A stretch of DNA of 64,000 bases. Origin: a virus. Location of the stretch: IMG/VR virus record IMGVR_UViG_3300045391_000362; one strand, 5' to 3'. Both the position numbers and the translations under genes were made by a program. Shown piece after piece: positions 54,444 to 60,528 of this stretch (position 1 is its first letter; every line of letters starts with the position of its first letter). The notes beneath the pieces are model-generated. The model was not told the DNA's origin. It saw nothing but the letters and a program-made list of their open reading frames with translations, and ran no database searches.

Positions 54444-54472
54444 TTGACAAGTACCACGGTGCTGTGTACAAT
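54444..54472 (+). promoter_or_regulatory. strong sigma70-like promoter
   Basis: TTGACA - 17 nt - TACAAT. Confidence 0.6.
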
Positions 54473-54568
54473 GTTCTTTATACTTATATAGCTAGGAAAT
54501 ACTATTAGTAGTACTTACTTCTTCTCTAACTAGGTTAGACTAAGAAGTATCTTTCGAATAGGAGAAAC

Positions 54569-54790
54569 ATGGAAAATACTAGTAACGCTATGGTTTCCAG
54601 AAGTCTACGTCTGAAGAAGGACACTCTAGTTGTTCTCCATAAGCAGGCTGAACTTCAAGGACTTGGGATTACCGTTTATATCCGCAAGGTACTGGAATCT
54701 CTGGTAGAGAATCTACAGAGCCAGGAGGCTTTGCAGGAATTGACTGAACTTACTGAGGAAATGGGTCTATATGAATCAAGAATTGTATGA
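54569..54790 (+). CDS. ribbon-helix-helix-like protein
   Basis: SLRLKKDTLVVLHKQAELQGLGITVYIRKVLE fits an Arc/CopG-type fold; GGAGAAAC RBS. Confidence 0.45.
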   Translation: MENTSNAMVSRSLRLKKDTLVVLHKQAELQGLGITVYIRKVLESLVENLQSQEALQELTELTEEMGLYESRIV

Positions 54791-54968
54791 TTCGATTTAT
54801 GGTTCCCTTGTATCTACCATCAGAGTAGAGACAGCAGAGGAAAACCTATTTCTTCATGAACTAACTCTCCAGGCAATGGCTGGTGCGCAGGCGCATATCA
54901 CCGATCTGGAGGAATCCATTGGTCATCTAAAAGAGACCATCAAGAGACTTACCAAGGAGTCCTCTTGA
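54771..54968 (+). CDS. hypothetical protein
   Basis: 65-aa ORF, coiled-coil-like. Confidence 0.45.
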   Translation: MNQELYDSIYGSLVSTIRVETAEENLFLHELTLQAMAGAQAHITDLEESIGHLKETIKRLTKESS

Positions 54969-55186
54969 CACAGTACGATGAACTTGCTAGATTCTTGGCA
55001 TTGGCAGTCCACAATCTTGGAGGCTCCTTGAAGGTCTCCAAGGAACTACTTGACAACATGCTACCGACTAGGCTAGTGTGGGACACGACATCAGATCCCG
55101 AGTTTGTCATCGTGGCAACGATTAGCAACGATGTAATCATGCTGACTGTCGAACCGTCAAGCGAAGTTGTGCAGGAGACAGATTAG
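54965..55186 (+). CDS. hypothetical protein
   Basis: 73-aa ORF, TTG start overlapping the previous stop. Confidence 0.45.
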   Translation: MTQYDELARFLALAVHNLGGSLKVSKELLDNMLPTRLVWDTTSDPEFVIVATISNDVIMLTVEPSSEVVQETD

Positions 55187-55265
55187 TGTTATACTGATCT
55201 AGCCTCCTTTCGAAAAGCTCCTAAAGGGCGCAAGTAGTGAACACACGAAACCCTTTAGGAGTCCT

Positions 55266-55340
55266 CGGGTACGAGGAAGATGGTAATCCGCCTGTTTTGG
55301 GAACAGGATAAACGGGGTTCGATTCCCCGGTACCCGACCA
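55266..55340 (+). tRNA. tRNA-Pro (TGG)
   Basis: Hand-folded cloverleaf: acceptor CGGGTAC/GTACCCG, anticodon loop TTTGGGA, T arm CGGGG-TTCGATT-CCCCG, encoded CCA. Confidence 0.8.
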
Positions 55341-55419
55341 TGAGTGAGATCACATATGAACACACCCTCAACAATTGATAAGAATGGTGCTCATCATATA
55401 GACTTGCTCATCGCTTAAT

Positions 55420-55491
55420 GGGACTGTAGCTTAGTTGGAAAAGCGACTGATTGAAGCTCAGTAGTCGGCGGTTCGATTCCGCACTGTCCCA
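55420..55491 (+). tRNA. tRNA-Phe (GAA), irregular
   Basis: Anticodon loop TTGAAGC, perfect D and anticodon stems, but U6-U67 and G49-A65 mismatches. Confidence 0.55.
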
Positions 55492-55577
55492 CCCTTGCCT
55501 ATTCGTAGGTTTTATGTCATCGTTGGGTGCATAGATTAAACAGAGCCTAATGTGAAGTTAGGTTAGCCCTTCCCAAT

Positions 55578-55649
55578 GGCTCAGTAGCTCAATGGCAGAG
55601 CGTCCGTCTCATACGCGGATTGTTGTAGGTTCGATTCCTACCTGAGCCA
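55578..55649 (+). tRNA. tRNA-Met-type (CAT)
   Basis: Acceptor GGCTCAG/CTGAGCC, anticodon loop CTCATAC, T arm GTAGG-TTCGATT-CCTAC. Confidence 0.8.
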
Positions 55650-55651
55650 CT

Positions 55652-55724
55652 GCACGGATAGAGAAACGGTGTCTCACAAGCCTCATAAGCTTGCAAGTAG
55701 TAGGTTCGACTCCTACCTGTGCCC
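55652..55724 (+). tRNA. tRNA-like, CAT anticodon (Met or Ile2 type), irregular acceptor
   Basis: Perfect D, anticodon (loop CTCATAA) and T arms, but only 6 acceptor pairs in register and a 6-nt variable loop; possibly degenerate. Confidence 0.4.
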
Positions 55725-55791
55725 CCACGTTACTTTACAAGCCCTATCTTATGTAGTACACTCCAGTTACTGAAATCGACTAGGAGGAACT

Positions 55792-56145
55792 GTGGGAGAT
55801 AGGGCAAACGTTTATATCCACGAGAATGGTCGTCCGGGCGTCTACCTGTACACGCACTGGGATGGCACGTATCTGCCACGTCTGATTAAGGATGCCTTAC
55901 AGACTGGACGTGCACAAAACCGCTTGACCGATACTGCATACTTGACAAGAATCCTGTTCGAAGAGACGATTAAGAACAGCTTGGGCGAGGAAACAGGATA
56001 CGGCGTCTCAGCGGAAGTACAGGATGGTGCGGACCGCATCGTTGATATAGATACATACAACTGCATAGTGACCCTCAAGGGTTTTCCGTATGATTGGGAT
56101 ACCGTTCCGGTTGACCCATACGCCTATGAGGATGAGATCTGGTAA
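55792..56145 (+). CDS. hypothetical protein
   Basis: 117-aa ORF (GTG start after AGGAGG) between tRNAs. Confidence 0.55.
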   Translation: MGDRANVYIHENGRPGVYLYTHWDGTYLPRLIKDALQTGRAQNRLTDTAYLTRILFEETIKNSLGEETGYGVSAEVQDGADRIVDIDTYNCIVTLKGFPYDWDTVPVDPYAYEDEIW

Positions 56146-56182
56146 TTAAGTCTCCTGAGTATGAGGTTAAACTGCTCACAAT

Positions 56183-56253
56183 GCCCTATTAGTTTATTGG
56201 TAAAACCTCTGCCTTCCAAGCAGGTGAGGCCGGTTCGATTCCGGCATAGGGCT
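56183..56253 (+). tRNA. tRNA-Gly (TCC)
   Basis: Acceptor GCCCTAT/ATAGGGC, anticodon loop CTTCCAA, T arm GCCGG-TTCGATT-CCGGC. Confidence 0.8.
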
Positions 56254-56315
56254 CGCATACGCTCTCGGCCAAAAGGAGAGAAGTCACACTAAAGTACACG
56301 GTGTGGCGTAGCTAT

Positions 56316-56386
56316 TCCCCATTCGTATAATGGCAATACATGCGCCTCTGGAGCGTAGAATCGAAGTTCGAATCTTTGATGGGGAG
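56316..56386 (+). tRNA. tRNA-Gln (CTG)
   Basis: Acceptor TCCCCAT/ATGGGGA, anticodon loop CTCTGGA, T arm CGAAG-TTCGAAT-CTTTG. Confidence 0.75.
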
Positions 56387-56523
56387 CTGGACGCCAAAGC
56401 TCGGTGCACAAGAGCACGGATAAGCCGGATGCTAGTTTATTGTTTTCTAGATAAGCAATAGATGAATACAAGGCCGAAACGTGGGTTTAAGCCACGCTAC
56501 GTCCAACCACTTGACAAAATCTA

Positions 56524-56594
56524 TCCCCCTTGGTGTAATGGCAGCACAGGAGCCTTTGGATCTCCTAGTTTTGGTTCGATTCCAGACGGGGGAG
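56524..56594 (+). tRNA. tRNA-Gln (TTG)
   Basis: Acceptor TCCCCCT/CGGGGGA (7-66 mismatch), anticodon loop CTTTGGA with a C31-U39 mismatch. Confidence 0.65.
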
Positions 56595-56627
56595 CGCGCG
56601 AGTCCTCCTAAGGGATAAAACACCCTA

Positions 56628-56657
56628 TTGACAGTACGCCCTAGGCCAGGGTAAGCT
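56628..56657 (+). promoter_or_regulatory. possible promoter inside the tRNA island
   Basis: TTGACA - 18 nt - TAAGCT upstream of tRNA-Asp. Confidence 0.3.
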
Positions 56658-56737
56658 GTACGGGAAAAGCCGATGGTACCGAGGCTGCTCGTCCTCCATC
56701 TAAAAAGGTTCGTGTCCTACCTTAAAGGACACTTCTT

Positions 56738-56810
56738 GCTCTCGTAGTGTATGGGCGTAGCATTGCACTCTGTCACAGTGTAGGGGCGGGTTCGAATCCC
56801 GTCGAGAGCG
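56738..56810 (+). tRNA. tRNA-Asp (GTC)
   Basis: Acceptor GCTCTCG/CGAGAGC, anticodon loop CTGTCAC, T arm GCGGG-TTCGAAT-CCCGT. Confidence 0.8.
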
Positions 56811-56952
56811 CTTTAACAACTTCAAACGATATAAACCTGCACGGGGACTATATCACCCACTTAGCCGGGCCGAGGGATAGAGCTAAGTCTGCTGAGGACA
56901 CAGAGAAAGTTCTCCAGATTCATTATTTCCTGCACGGTCATAATGAATCTTT

Positions 56953-57023
56953 GCTCCCATAGTGTAATGGCAACATACCAGACTCTCAATCTGGAGTTAG
57001 GGGTTCAATCCCCCTTGGGAGTA
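56953..57023 (+). tRNA. tRNA-Glu (CTC)
   Basis: Acceptor GCTCCCA/TGGGAGT (G1-U72), anticodon loop CTCTCAA, T arm AGGGG-TTCAATC-CCCCT. Confidence 0.7.
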
Positions 57024-57192
57024 CGTTCGGCACCTTCACAGGTTCCAAAGGTAGGACCATGCCCCTGTCGGGGGTTCGAGTGGATACCGTTAGCGGAAAT
57101 TGGAATACGCTGCCTGCGATAGATCAAAAAGTAAGTGGGGCTATTTGGTGCCTAGTTCCCGCATAAGCCTAAAGGTAGCTCCTTTAGGTTCT

Positions 57193-57264
57193 GTCCCCAT
57201 CGTATATCGGTTAGTACACAAGACTTTCAATCTTGAAGACGGAGTTCAACTCTCCGTGGGGGTA
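57193..57264 (+). tRNA. tRNA-Glu (TTC)
   Basis: Acceptor GTCCCCA/TGGGGGT, anticodon loop CTTTCAA, T arm CGGAG-TTCAACT-CTCCG. Confidence 0.7.
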
Positions 57265-57491
57265 CGTTTGGAACTAGTCATAGATAGCACCCCACGTATA
57301 CTCGAATAGACTGGATAGGGTATACCAGCATAGAAGAGGCGCAGACAAGGGAAGGGCCTCCAGGTGGGAGTACCGCTTAGCTCTGGCAGGCTAAGTAGGC
57401 ACGAGGGATGAGACCACCAGCCACTTTTTCTAGTACAATAGGAATTGCTATAGCGATCACTTAGTGATTTCTTTCTAGAAAGGTTTAACAA

Positions 57492-57806
57492 ATGGCTTTT
57501 ACATATGTACTGCCTAGCAGAGTAAACACTCTGAACGTAGGCGATCAAGTTGTATTTGCTGTTGCAGCAGATGGACACGCATACGTGTATCCAACTCCTA
57601 CAGCATCCGGTGCAAAGTACCCAACAGTTCGTGCTGTTTATCCTGCTACTGTTCCACCTGGAACTGACAGTGGTGGTAACCCTGTTACTTCTGCTTCTGT
57701 TCTATGGACAGTTCAGCTAAATGGTGCATCTCAGTTCAGTCAGCCTATTGATTTTACAATCAATGCTACAACCGACTGGGTTGCTACTGCGACTGGTACT
57801 GCGTAA
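57492..57806 (+). CDS. hypothetical protein
   Basis: 104-aa ORF with its own stem-loop downstream. Confidence 0.55.
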   Translation: MAFTYVLPSRVNTLNVGDQVVFAVAADGHAYVYPTPTASGAKYPTVRAVYPATVPPGTDSGGNPVTSASVLWTVQLNGASQFSQPIDFTINATTDWVATATGTA

Positions 57807-57814
57807 GTTTTACA

Positions 57815-57844
57815 GTGGGCTATGGATTTAGGTTCATAGCCCAC
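57815..57844 (+). terminator. stem-loop (terminator-like)
   Basis: 10-bp stem GTGGGCTATG/CATAGCCCAC. Confidence 0.5.
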
Positions 57845-57910
57845 TCACAGCTTCAGTTTTATTGCTATCATGAGTGGGATACTTAGCCCTACTCTTGCAA
57901 GGAACTGAAA

Positions 57911-58726
57911 TTGGCTATTTACACTCGACACATTCCTGAGGTTGCCTCCGAGACTATCGGTGGACGCCTAGGAAGACACGTTAATCATGATTCCCGCTCA
58001 TTGGACTATAAGTTCGATGGATCTGGATTCACTGCGACATCTATTCGTCACACTCGCTACATTCCTGTATTAGACCAGGGTGACCTAGGATCTTGTACTG
58101 GAAATGCGGCGACAGGAAATCTAGGAACTGGTGACTTCTTCGCTACCATTCCTACTGCGGTAACTCTTAACGAGGATGAGGCTGTAAAGCTCTACAGCTC
58201 TGCTACAGCCCTTGATGGCTATGCAGGCGAGTATCCTCCCACCGACACTGGTTCAGACGGTCTGAGCGTCGCCAAGGCAGCCCAGAAGGCTGGTTTTATC
58301 TCTGGTTACCAGCACATCACGTCTCTTGCGGACGCTGTTGCCGCTCTCCAGCTAGGACCAATCATTACGGGTGTCAACTGGTATTCATCATTTGACAATC
58401 CAAGCAAGACTGGTAAGGTATCTATTACCAAGAGCGCTTACGTCCGTGGAGGACATGAGTTCGTTCTTGATGAGGTAGACGTTACCAACAAGCTTATCGG
58501 AGCTACAAACTCCTGGGGAGATTCCTGGGGACTTAAGGGACGCTTCTACTTCTCCTTTGCTGACTATGAGCGCTTGCTTGCAGAGCAGGGAGATGCTACA
58601 GTGTTCGTGAAGTTGAGCACTCCGACTCCTCCAACACCGCCTGGTCCTACACCTAGTGTTGACACGGATGTACTTGCTGCGTATACTGCACTAAAGGCAT
58701 GGGCCATTAAGAACAACGTAGCCTAG
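57911..58726 (+). CDS. papain-like cysteine peptidase (C1 family)
   Basis: TTG start; DQGDLGSCTGNA (Q...C), GGHEFVL (H), NSWGDSWGLKGRFYF (N-S-W-G-x2-W-G) in papain order; Pro/Thr linker at the C-terminus. Confidence 0.7.
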   Translation: MAIYTRHIPEVASETIGGRLGRHVNHDSRSLDYKFDGSGFTATSIRHTRYIPVLDQGDLGSCTGNAATGNLGTGDFFATIPTAVTLNEDEAVKLYSSATALDGYAGEYPPTDTGSDGLSVAKAAQKAGFISGYQHITSLADAVAALQLGPIITGVNWYSSFDNPSKTGKVSITKSAYVRGGHEFVLDEVDVTNKLIGATNSWGDSWGLKGRFYFSFADYERLLAEQGDATVFVKLSTPTPPTPPGPTPSVDTDVLAAYTALKAWAIKNNVA

Positions 58727-58764
58727 ATTTGACGCCTGCTATGGGGCGTGATACCATAGCTAAT

Positions 58765-58837
58765 GCCCTTATAGCTCAGTGGCTAGAGCAGTCGCCTTGT
58801 AAGCGACAGGTCGTGGGTTCGAATCCTACTGGGGGCT
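58765..58837 (+). tRNA. tRNA-Thr (TGT)
   Basis: Acceptor GCCCTTA/TGGGGGC (two G-U), anticodon loop CTTGTAA, T arm GTGGG-TTCGAAT-CCTAC. Confidence 0.75.
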
Positions 58838-58849
58838 CTCTATTCCAAT

Positions 58850-58921
58850 GCCTCTGAATTTCATTGGTTGAATATCCCCTTGGTACGGGGAAGGTAGAGG
58901 GTTCAATTCCCTCCTGAGGCT
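58850..58921 (+). tRNA. tRNA-Thr (GGT)
   Basis: Anticodon arm TCCCC-TTGGTAC-GGGGA, T arm GAGGG-TTCAATT-CCCTC; U6-U67 acceptor mismatch and weak D stem. Confidence 0.6.
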
Positions 58922-58932
58922 CTTCACAACAT

Positions 58933-59007
58933 GCTCCTGTAGCCCAATTTGGTAGAGGCGTCGGATTCAAGTCCCGAAGGTTCTCGGTTCGAATCCGAGT
59001 AGGAGTA
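58933..59007 (+). tRNA. tRNA-Leu (CAA) with short variable loop
   Basis: 3-bp D stem with Leu-type loop CAATTTGGTAGA, anticodon loop TTCAAGT (A31-C39 mismatch), 5-nt variable loop, A73. Confidence 0.6.
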
Positions 59008-59013
59008 CATAAT

Positions 59014-59086
59014 GGTTCTATAGCCCAATGGTAGAGGCGGCAGATTTAAGTCCTGCAAAGTGTCGGTTCGAATCCGACTAGAACTA
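59014..59086 (+). tRNA. tRNA-Leu (TAA) with short variable loop
   Basis: D loop CAATGGTAGA, anticodon loop TTTAAGT (A31-C39 mismatch), 5-nt variable loop, A73. Confidence 0.6.
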
Positions 59087-59255
59087 CAATGGAGGGGTTG
59101 ATCACCTCTCCTGGATATGGCGGAATATCCTTCTTACGGGGGTAACGCACATCGCTGGTTTAGCAACCTGGGGTAGCACCCAATGTGATGGTATGAGACA
59201 ACGGAGTACGTAAGGATCTCATTGCTGGTAAACTTAAGTCCAGCTATCCACTTAT

Positions 59256-59328
59256 GCTGCTGTAGCCCAAGGGTAGAGGCACTAGTCTTAGGAACTAGCC
59301 AGTGTCAGTTCGAATCTGACCAGCAGTA
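59256..59328 (+). tRNA. tRNA-Leu (TAG) with short variable loop
   Basis: D loop CAAGGGTAGA, perfect anticodon stem CTAGT/ACTAG, loop CTTAGGA, 5-nt variable loop, A73. Confidence 0.65.
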
Positions 59329-59329
59329 C

Positions 59330-59358
59330 TTGACACACCATGTACACCGTAGTACGCT
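59330..59358 (+). promoter_or_regulatory. possible promoter
   Basis: TTGACA - 17 nt - TACGCT upstream of the small membrane gene. Confidence 0.4.
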
Positions 59359-59383
59359 GTTAACAACAGCCGAAAGGAGCAAC

Positions 59384-59599
59384 ATGGACATCGTGTTCGC
59401 AGTTCTGGGATTCCTCGGACCACTTGGTCTGGTGGGACTCTGGATCTTTATTATGATCAACAAGCAGGGTTGGAAGATTGTCCAGATTATAGCGGGTGGC
59501 ATTTTTGCACTCCTTCTGGTAAGCTCCTTCCCACAGCTTCCCCAAGCAGTACATGATGGTGTAGTCAGCGTGACTAAGGCACTGTCAAATAGTAAGTAA
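59384..59599 (+). CDS. small membrane protein
   Basis: ATG at 59384 after GAAAGGAG; two TM spans; the upstream part of the track ORF overlaps tRNA-Leu. Confidence 0.5.
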   Translation: MDIVFAVLGFLGPLGLVGLWIFIMINKQGWKIVQIIAGGIFALLLVSSFPQLPQAVHDGVVSVTKALSNSK

Positions 59600-59614
59600 G
59601 CCCTTCGGGGCCTT

Positions 59615-59685
59615 ATGGCGTTAGTGTAGTGGTAACACGTCGGTCTCCAAAACCGTTATCCAGGGTTCGAATCCTTGACGCCGTG
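59615..59685 (+). tRNA. tRNA-Trp (CCA)
   Basis: Acceptor ATGGCGT/ACGCCGT, D arm GTGT-AGTGGTA-ACAC, anticodon loop CTCCAAA, T arm CAGGG-TTCGAAT-CCTTG. Confidence 0.7.
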
Positions 59686-59731
59686 CGCTCTATATTGTAA
59701 GATACTCACAGTCCCTTCCGAGGGACCTTAT

Positions 59732-59803
59732 TCCCCGTTAGCTCAATGGCAGAGCAGTGAGCTGTTAACTCAAAGGTTGTTGGTTCGAATCCAGCACGGG
59801 GAG
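59732..59803 (+). tRNA. tRNA-Asn (GTT)
   Basis: Acceptor TCCCCGT/ACGGGGA, anticodon loop CTGTTAA, T arm GTTGG-TTCGAAT-CCAGC. Confidence 0.75.
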
Positions 59804-59806
59804 CTT

Positions 59807-59933
59807 GTGTCGATGCGAAGAACCGAGTTACTTCGGAAATAGATGGTTCGATCCCACCCGGCGCTGTGAAAGGCGCTGAACGGCTACCCCTGATCGGGTA
59901 GCTACATACACTTGGTTCGTTCTTTCTAGACAC
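59807..59933 (+). ncRNA. Y-RNA/YrlA-like structured RNA, unit A
   Basis: GTGTC-GAT-GCGA-AGA-ACCGAG...CTTGGT-TCGT-TCTTTCTA-GACAC closing stem; inside a T-arm-like GATGG-TTCGATC-CCACC and two hairpins. Confidence 0.6.
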
Positions 59934-59941
59934 ATTAGATT

Positions 59942-60093
59942 TGACAGCGATGCGTAGATAAGAGATACTTCATCGCAAAGGGAACCACGGGTCGGAGGTT
60001 CGAATCCTCCCCTATCGACTTCTTCGGTAGGTAGCTCAGCGGCGAGAGCAGTGGTCAAAAGAAAAAGACTTTTATCGATTTTTCTAGCTGTCA
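59942..60093 (+). ncRNA. Y-RNA/YrlA-like structured RNA, unit B (contains a circularly permuted tRNA cloverleaf)
   Basis: Outer helix TGACAGC/GCTGTCA, ATAAGAG/CTTTTAT, loop GAT vs TTTTTCTA; 59984-60055 folds as anticodon stem, variable loop, T arm, capped acceptor and D arm. Confidence 0.7.
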
Positions 60094-60106
60094 CGAGTTT
60101 TACAAC

Positions 60107-60215
60107 GTACCGATGCGAAGACCAGGGTTACTTCTAACCAACTAATATAGAGTAGGTCGGTTCGATTCCGCCTTCATGGACTGGTGTCCTTTCCTTGGTC
60201 GCTATTTCTAGGTAC
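60107..60215 (+). ncRNA. Y-RNA/YrlA-like structured RNA, unit C
   Basis: GTACC-GAT-GCGA-AGA-CCAGGG...CCTTGG-TCGC-TATTTCTA-GGTAC; internal GTCGG-TTCGATT-CCGCC arm and GGAC-TGGT-GTCC hairpin. Confidence 0.6.
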
Positions 60216-60233
60216 CTATAATTTCATAAGCTT

Positions 60234-60308
60234 TACCCGATGCGTAGGCCACAGTTACTTCTTCAATTATGGTGAATACAAAGCACTGTAGCCGTTTTTT
60301 CTAGGGTA
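60234..60308 (+). ncRNA. Y-RNA-like mini unit C' (no T arm)
   Basis: TACCC-GAT-GCGTA-GGCCACAGT...ACTGTAGCC-G-TTTTTCTA-GGGTA; keeps TTACTTC but has only about 30 nt inside. Confidence 0.45.
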
Positions 60309-60320
60309 TATATTTTTAGC

Positions 60321-60447
60321 AATACCGATGCGAAGGCAACGGGGTTACTTCTTTCTGATTAAAAGGACGAGTGGGTTCGAATCCCACGCCCGTACTTGCG
60401 GGTGCATGGCGCTAGTAAAACACCTCAAGCCACTATTTCTAGGTATT
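60321..60447 (+). ncRNA. Y-RNA/YrlA-like structured RNA, unit D
   Basis: AATACC-GAT-GCGAAGG...TATTTCTA-GGTATT outer helix; internal GTGGG-TTCGAAT-CCCAC arm and GCCCG/CGGGT hairpin; inner stem register unclear. Confidence 0.5.
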
Positions 60448-60458
60448 CAATTCTTATA

Positions 60459-60490
60459 CCCACCAGATCTACACCCCTGGTGGGTTTTTT
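60459..60490 (+). terminator. intrinsic terminator closing the ncRNA array
   Basis: 8-bp stem CCCACCAG/CTGGTGGG followed by TTTTTT. Confidence 0.75.
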
Positions 60491-60528
60491 CTTCACTAAT
60501 GACGTACCACACTAACAAGGAGGCAGTA

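Noticed and set aside
58933-59086. Reading the 9-nt loops of the two Leu-like tRNAs one position 5' so that they become stop-codon suppressors (anticodons TCA / TTA)
   Set aside because: That register needs anticodon stems (GTCGG/TCCCG, GGCAG/TCCTG) that do not pair. The only pairing register centres CAA and TAA, with U33 and G37.
56289-60094. Track ORFs lying over tRNAs and structured RNAs (56289-56471, 56747-56962, 57100-57309, 57246-57578, 58776-58970, 59222-59383, 59305-59554, 59706-59933, 59828-60094)
   Set aside because: Each overlaps one or more well-folding tRNA cloverleaves or the covarying RNA units, and none has a credible RBS.
59807-60447. Reading the five tandem units as a CRISPR array
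   Set aside because: The conserved segments are short and split into 5' and 3' halves that pair with each other. Unit lengths vary from 75 to 152 nt, there are no identical direct repeats, and no cas genes are nearby.
60328-60528. N-terminal 67 codons of the 595-aa track ORF (60328-62115)
   Set aside because: This stretch runs through structured RNA unit D and an intrinsic terminator. The in-frame ATG at 60529 has a perfect AAGGAGG RBS, and recognisable protein sequence begins there.
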